Below are positions 59,999-64,000 of a stretch of 64,000 bases of DNA, piece after piece. The notes under the pieces were generated by a model. That model was not told the DNA's origin, searched no databases, and was given only the letters and a program-made list of their open reading frames with translations. Location: assembly GCA_964410585.1 (NCBI GenBank), contig CAYPFW010000003.1:32001-96000 (forward strand). The letters run 5' to 3'. Each line of letters begins with the position of its first letter. Position 1 is the stretch's first letter. This stretch comes from an uncultured archaeon (GTDB lineage: Archaea > Aenigmatarchaeota > Aenigmatarchaeia > QMZP01 > JACQNV01). The position numbers were made by a program, and so were the translations under genes.

Positions 59999-60678
59999 TT
60001 TACCACCTTGAAATGATAGATTATGCTAGTTGCCAATAAGGGTATTTTCTTTTCAAAAATGTCCTCTATCTGTGATGCAGGTTTCATAAAACTTTTAGGT
60101 GTTCCGTAGGGAAGGAACCCTTTGTGTTGTATAGAAACTAGTTCCATTCCAGTAGATTTTGCATTTTTTAACACTTCATTTTTTGTTGGTATCCTTTCAT
60201 CTCCTTCGTCCCAAGGACAAAGGTGTATGATAAGATATCTACAAAAAGGATTAGTGTAGTTTAAATCAAATATTAAAACATCTCTTTTACTGACACGCGC
60301 TAATTCTTTCATTGAGGAGTAAACCTTATCAGGTTTCTTCAGATGATGTAAAAGCCCGACACAGTAAACCAGATCAAAGGAGTTATTCTTGAAGGGAAGT
60401 GAAGTTGCATCTCCAATATATAGAGGAGATTTTGTTTTGCTGTTTGAAATAGATATCATTTCTTGCGAAAAATCAATACCTTGGACGCTATGAGCCTTAT
60501 CCAGGAGAGTCAAATACTCACCAACTCCACAGCCTACGTCCAATATTATATCATTTTTTTGGGATATGGAACTTATAATTTCGGCCTTTCTTTGAGCATG
60601 GTGTTTATGGACATCGACTCCTCCCTTTTTTAAGTAAATAGACGCAACCTGATTAAAATGATCTTTTGATGTTTCCAT
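59995..60678 (-). CDS. Class I SAM-dependent methyltransferase
   Basis: ILDVGCGVG, GIDFS..M, GDATSLPF..NSFD, LHH, E..RV. Confidence 0.9.
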   Translation of the reverse strand: METSKDHFNQVASIYLKKGGVDVHKHHAQRKAEIISSISQKNDIILDVGCGVGEYLTLLDKAHSVQGIDFSQEMISISNSKTKSPLYIGDATSLPFKNNSFDLVYCVGLLHHLKKPDKVYSSMKELARVSKRDVLIFDLNYTNPFCRYLIIHLCPWDEGDERIPTKNEVLKNAKSTGMELVSIQHKGFLPYGTPKSFMKPASQIEDIFEKKIPLLATSIIYHFKVVK

Positions 60679-61795
60679 TTTTACTCCTCTCTAACACCCT
60701 CAGCATACATTTAGCTGTATTTGTCCAAGAGTAGATTTCTGATTTTTTTCTAGCAGCCTTCCCCATTTTAATAATTTTATCTGGATTATCAATTAAATAT
60801 TTAATAGACTTGCCTATTTCATCGACGTTTTCTGGGGTTTTTAAAACTATTCCCTCCTTGTAGTTTGTTATAAGCTCAGCAGCACCAGCAATCTCACTTG
60901 TTATTACAGGTATGCCGGAAGCCATAGCCTCTAATATAACTAGTCCAAAAGGCTCATATAATGTTGGAAAAACAAAGATATCAGAGGCAGCAAAAAACTT
61001 TCTTATTTCTGTTGTTAAACCTATATTGTAAATAATTTTATTTTCTAAACCTAGCCCCCTGGAAAGTTTTATATATGGTTCAGGATCATCTTTCCCGCAG
61101 ACAAGAAGCTTAAATTTTTTATCTTTTACATGCTTTAAGGACTTAATCAGATAGTCCAAGCCCTTCCTGCTAAAAGGGTTTCCAACGAAAAGTATAAGTG
61201 TTTCGTCGTTAGCTATGTTAAAACTTTTCCTTATTTCTTCTCTATATATTCTTTTGTTTTTTGGGTTGAACTCTTCGAGGTTAACCCCACTATAACAAAC
61301 AGTTACTTTATCTTCAGGTATTTTATATCCTTTAACAATATCTCTTTTAACACAATTCGCAAGCACAATAAATTCCCTACACATCTTAATATTTCTTTTT
61401 TCCATCCAAGAAAGCCATCCATCTGCTATTTTTATTTTTATCGAATCTCTAACACCGCGTGATTTTTTATAATCTATCCACGCTTTATAGACAAATTGCA
61501 TCTCTCCTATATCAGGTGTGAAATACCTTGTGGGCTGAGCTAAAGTAATATCAAATTTATGAAACTTTTGTATCAATGTAAGCATGAAAGTGTTAAATGC
61601 TTCTCTTAGAATTAGGTTTTTTGTGAAAACCTTTGGTGTTTTGTGAAAAAAAACATTTGGGTGATCAATTTTATCCCAACTATTTGCAAATATATGGATT
61701 TCATGACCCCTCGATGCAAAATAGGGCACTGTTTCTATCAGATATCTAGATGAACCAAATCTATGACACTTGCTTAGAACGATTCCTATTTTCAT
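60653..61795 (-). CDS. GT4 glycosyltransferase (WaaG-like)
   Basis: FVGN...RKG, FPTLYEPFGLVILEAMASG.PVI. Confidence 0.92.
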   Translation of the reverse strand: MKIGIVLSKCHRFGSSRYLIETVPYFASRGHEIHIFANSWDKIDHPNVFFHKTPKVFTKNLILREAFNTFMLTLIQKFHKFDITLAQPTRYFTPDIGEMQFVYKAWIDYKKSRGVRDSIKIKIADGWLSWMEKRNIKMCREFIVLANCVKRDIVKGYKIPEDKVTVCYSGVNLEEFNPKNKRIYREEIRKSFNIANDETLILFVGNPFSRKGLDYLIKSLKHVKDKKFKLLVCGKDDPEPYIKLSRGLGLENKIIYNIGLTTEIRKFFAASDIFVFPTLYEPFGLVILEAMASGIPVITSEIAGAAELITNYKEGIVLKTPENVDEIGKSIKYLIDNPDKIIKMGKAARKKSEIYSWTNTAKCMLRVLERSKNGNIKRSF

Positions 61796-62261
61796 AATCA
61801 TCTATAAATTCACTTATTATATCTTTTATCCTATTTTCACCTTTATTTTTTTTTATTTTCATCTTTTTAGCTTTTTTAATAGCGTAATCAAGCCTTTCAA
61901 TGTTATAAACAGCAACTATTCTCTTTTGCTTTTCGAGCTCTTTAGTTATTTGCAACTGATGATCATTTGTATGCTCATTGAATTTTTTTTGACGAGGAAC
62001 AACAATAGTTGGTTTACCTAGTTTTAGTGAGCTCATTATGGATCCTATTCCACCATGGGTTACTATGAGTGAAGAACTTTTACAAAGTTTAGAGAAATCA
62101 TATTGATCTAGGTAATCAAAATATTTGCAGTTTTTTGGTGTATATTTTGTACATCCAATTTGAATAACAATTTCCTCATCTATTGATTTTGCAACTTCAT
62201 CCATCTTTTTCACAAATCTTGGGAACCCTTGATTGTGGGTACCGACTGTTGCAAATATCAT
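61761..62261 (-). CDS. Alg13/PssE/Cps14G-like glycosyltransferase catalytic subunit (GT28 C-terminal-like)
   Basis: IFATVGTH...F.R, QIG, THGG.GSI, VPR....EH.NDHQ. Confidence 0.88.
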   Translation of the reverse strand: MIFATVGTHNQGFPRFVKKMDEVAKSIDEEIVIQIGCTKYTPKNCKYFDYLDQYDFSKLCKSSSLIVTHGGIGSIMSSLKLGKPTIVVPRQKKFNEHTNDHQLQITKELEKQKRIVAVYNIERLDYAIKKAKKMKIKKNKGENRIKDIISEFIDDYENRNRSKQVS

Positions 62262-62704
62262 AATATTTGACCCCCATATATGACTTTCTTATAGTGTTTA
62301 AGAAGAGGCTTCCACTGAACTATGAATTTATCGGATATTGGATGTAGTAATATCCCACTTATAGAAGGGCTTTCTACCCTCGAAAATGACTCTATAAATA
62401 TTATTTTTTTACCAAATATCTTTGCTATATAGCAAAATGGCACGACAAACCCCCCTCCGTTTGCGATAACGATATCTGGCATTTCACTCAAGAAAGAAAA
62501 AAGGCTTTGAAAACAATTTTTAATAAAAAAGAAGATATTCCTTCTAGTATCGCTAATAAAGACTACTTTTTCCTTCTTTATCAAATCTTGCGACATTGGT
62601 CTTTTAAAGGTAAGAAAAAAATGATCATATTTTTTATAAACGGGTGATAGTTGCAACATTTGCATCATGTGCCCACCAGGGCTGCAAGCTAGGCATAGTT
62701 TCAT
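62258..62704 (-). CDS. Alg14/PssD/Cps14F-like subunit
   Basis: ACSPGGH..Q, PD....GGG..VP, FIESFSRV..PS.SG, VQW; ATGA overlap with the Alg13-like gene. Confidence 0.88.
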   Translation of the reverse strand: MKLCLACSPGGHMMQMLQLSPVYKKYDHFFLTFKRPMSQDLIKKEKVVFISDTRRNIFFFIKNCFQSLFSFLSEMPDIVIANGGGFVVPFCYIAKIFGKKIIFIESFSRVESPSISGILLHPISDKFIVQWKPLLKHYKKVIYGGQIL

Positions 62705-62750
62705 AAATAGTTTTTATTCAGACTTATATAAAATATATCCAATATTGTTT

Positions 62751-64000
62751 ATGTGTGGTATAGCAGGCTTTTTTGGGTTTGAAGATAAAAAACTGTTAAA
62801 GAAAATGTGTGATGTGATAGACTATAGGGGACCAAATGATTTTGGGATGTTTTCTGATAAAAATGTTGGCTTGGGAATAAGAAGACTAAGCATAATTGAT
62901 ATGAAAGGTGGGAAACAACCAATACACAACGAAAACCAGGATATATGGATTGTATTCAATGGAGAAATTTACAACTTTCCAGAACTGAAGACTCTTATCG
63001 AATCCAAGGGGCATAGATTTTACACAAAATCTGATACAGAGTGTATTATTCATTTATATGAAATTTTCGGTGAAAACTGTGTAAACTATCTCAGAGGGAT
63101 GTTTGCTTTTGCTATTTGGGATTCTAGAAAACAAGCTTTATTTTTAGCTAGGGATAGATTAGGAAAAAAACCTCTATATTATACAGTACTGGGCGACAAG
63201 ATTTTGTTTGGATCTGAAATAAAATCAATTTTACAAAGTATTGAAATTAAAAGAGAGGTTAATCTCCAAGCTTTACACGAATTTTTAACTGTGCAATATG
63301 TACCGGGCCCCAAAACAATGTTTAAAAATATATGGAAACTTGAACCAGGACACACACTAACAGTTAAAAAAGAGTATATTAAAAATAAAAAATACTGGGG
63401 TATTAAAATATCTGAAAAATTAATAGATGAAAATTTTTGTAAACAAATGTGTTTAAAACTTTTAGAAGAGTCTGTAAAACTTAGAATGATGTCTGAGGTT
63501 CCGCTCGGAGTTTATTTATCAGGAGGTATTGATTCTAGTGCTGTTACAGCTTTTATGGCTAGGTTTTCTGATGAGCCCATCAACACATTTACTGCCGGAT
63601 TTGGCACAAAAACAGATGAGTTTGAATATGCGAATATTATTGCTAACAAGTTTGGCACAAATCACAGAGAAATATTCGTAGATCAGGAAAACATAAACAT
63701 TCTTCCTGAAATTATATGGCATTTCGATGAGCCAATAGCAGATCCTGCGGCTTTGCCAACTTATCTTATGTCAAGAAAAACAAAGAAGTATGCAACTGTC
63801 ATCTTAGTTGGAGAAGGCGGAGACGAAACCTTTGCTGGCTATGAAAAATATCAAATAATGATGAACATATATAAAAACAAGGCATCAAAACTTCTATTTA
63901 ATAGAAAAACTTTATCTGCTGTTGCATTTGGTTTGAATATTTTAACCAAAAATAAAAAAACCCAGTTTCTTTCAGAGTTTTCCAAGGCTATAAAAAATCC
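62751..64000 (+). CDS. asnB: Glutamine-dependent amidotransferase, asparagine synthase family (probably glycan uronamide-forming); runs off the right edge
   Basis: MCGIAG...RGP, RRLSIID, FNGEIYN, SDTE, ARDRLGKKPLY, LSGGIDSS, GEGGDE.FAGY read manually. Confidence 0.92.
   Translation, partial: MCGIAGFFGFEDKKLLKKMCDVIDYRGPNDFGMFSDKNVGLGIRRLSIIDMKGGKQPIHNENQDIWIVFNGEIYNFPELKTLIESKGHRFYTKSDTECIIHLYEIFGENCVNYLRGMFAFAIWDSRKQALFLARDRLGKKPLYYTVLGDKILFGSEIKSILQSIEIKREVNLQALHEFLTVQYVPGPKTMFKNIWKLEPGHTLTVKKEYIKNKKYWGIKISEKLIDENFCKQMCLKLLEESVKLRMMSEVPLGVYLSGGIDSSAVTAFMARFSDEPINTFTAGFGTKTDEFEYANIIANKFGTNHREIFVDQENINILPEIIWHFDEPIADPAALPTYLMSRKTKKYATVILVGEGGDETFAGYEKYQIMMNIYKNKASKLLFNRKTLSAVAFGLNILTKNKKTQFLSEFSKAIKN

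Noticed and set aside
1-64000. CRISPR array, rRNA, transposase/integrase, recognisable defence system, recoded stop codons
   Set aside because: No regularly spaced repeats, rRNA-like tract or such protein motifs were seen by eye; genes read through intact with the standard code.

Overview
AT-rich archaeal chromosome segment, most consistent with a DPANN-type organism (inferred from the thermosome, Methanococcus/Pyrococcus-type S-layer protein, AglB, PGF-pre-PGF protein, LSGC lipoprotein paralogs and a multi-intron tRNA-Ile(UAU)). The first ~12 kb holds a partial thermosome gene, a Zn-dependent dehydrogenase, a tRNA-Ile(UAU) split by two non-canonical BHB introns, EndoQ, three lipoproteins, the HMG-CoA synthase/thiolase/DUF35 cluster (interrupted by an orphan ORF) and a Nudix-IMPase-Nudix operon. 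From ~12.3 kb to the end is a >50 kb cell-surface/N-glycosylation island: S-layer gene, AglB, AglH/Alg7-like, split Alg13/Alg14-like genes, flippases, many GT2/GT4/GT-C enzymes, NDP-sugar enzymes, methyltransferases and a B12 radical-SAM enzyme. Top candidates for novelty: (1) an apparent N-acetyl-to-N-formyl sugar exchange pathway (PIG-L deacetylase + formyltransferase) beside its own folate one-carbon supply genes; (2) a two-copy GC-rich, hairpin-rich intergenic element with a shared inverted terminus; (3) the doubly interrupted tRNA with a 9-nt anticodon exon; (4) two parallel Nudix + sugar-phosphatase modules. All calls come from manual motif reading; no database searches were run. Several start codons were moved from the supplied ORF track to the likelier ATG.
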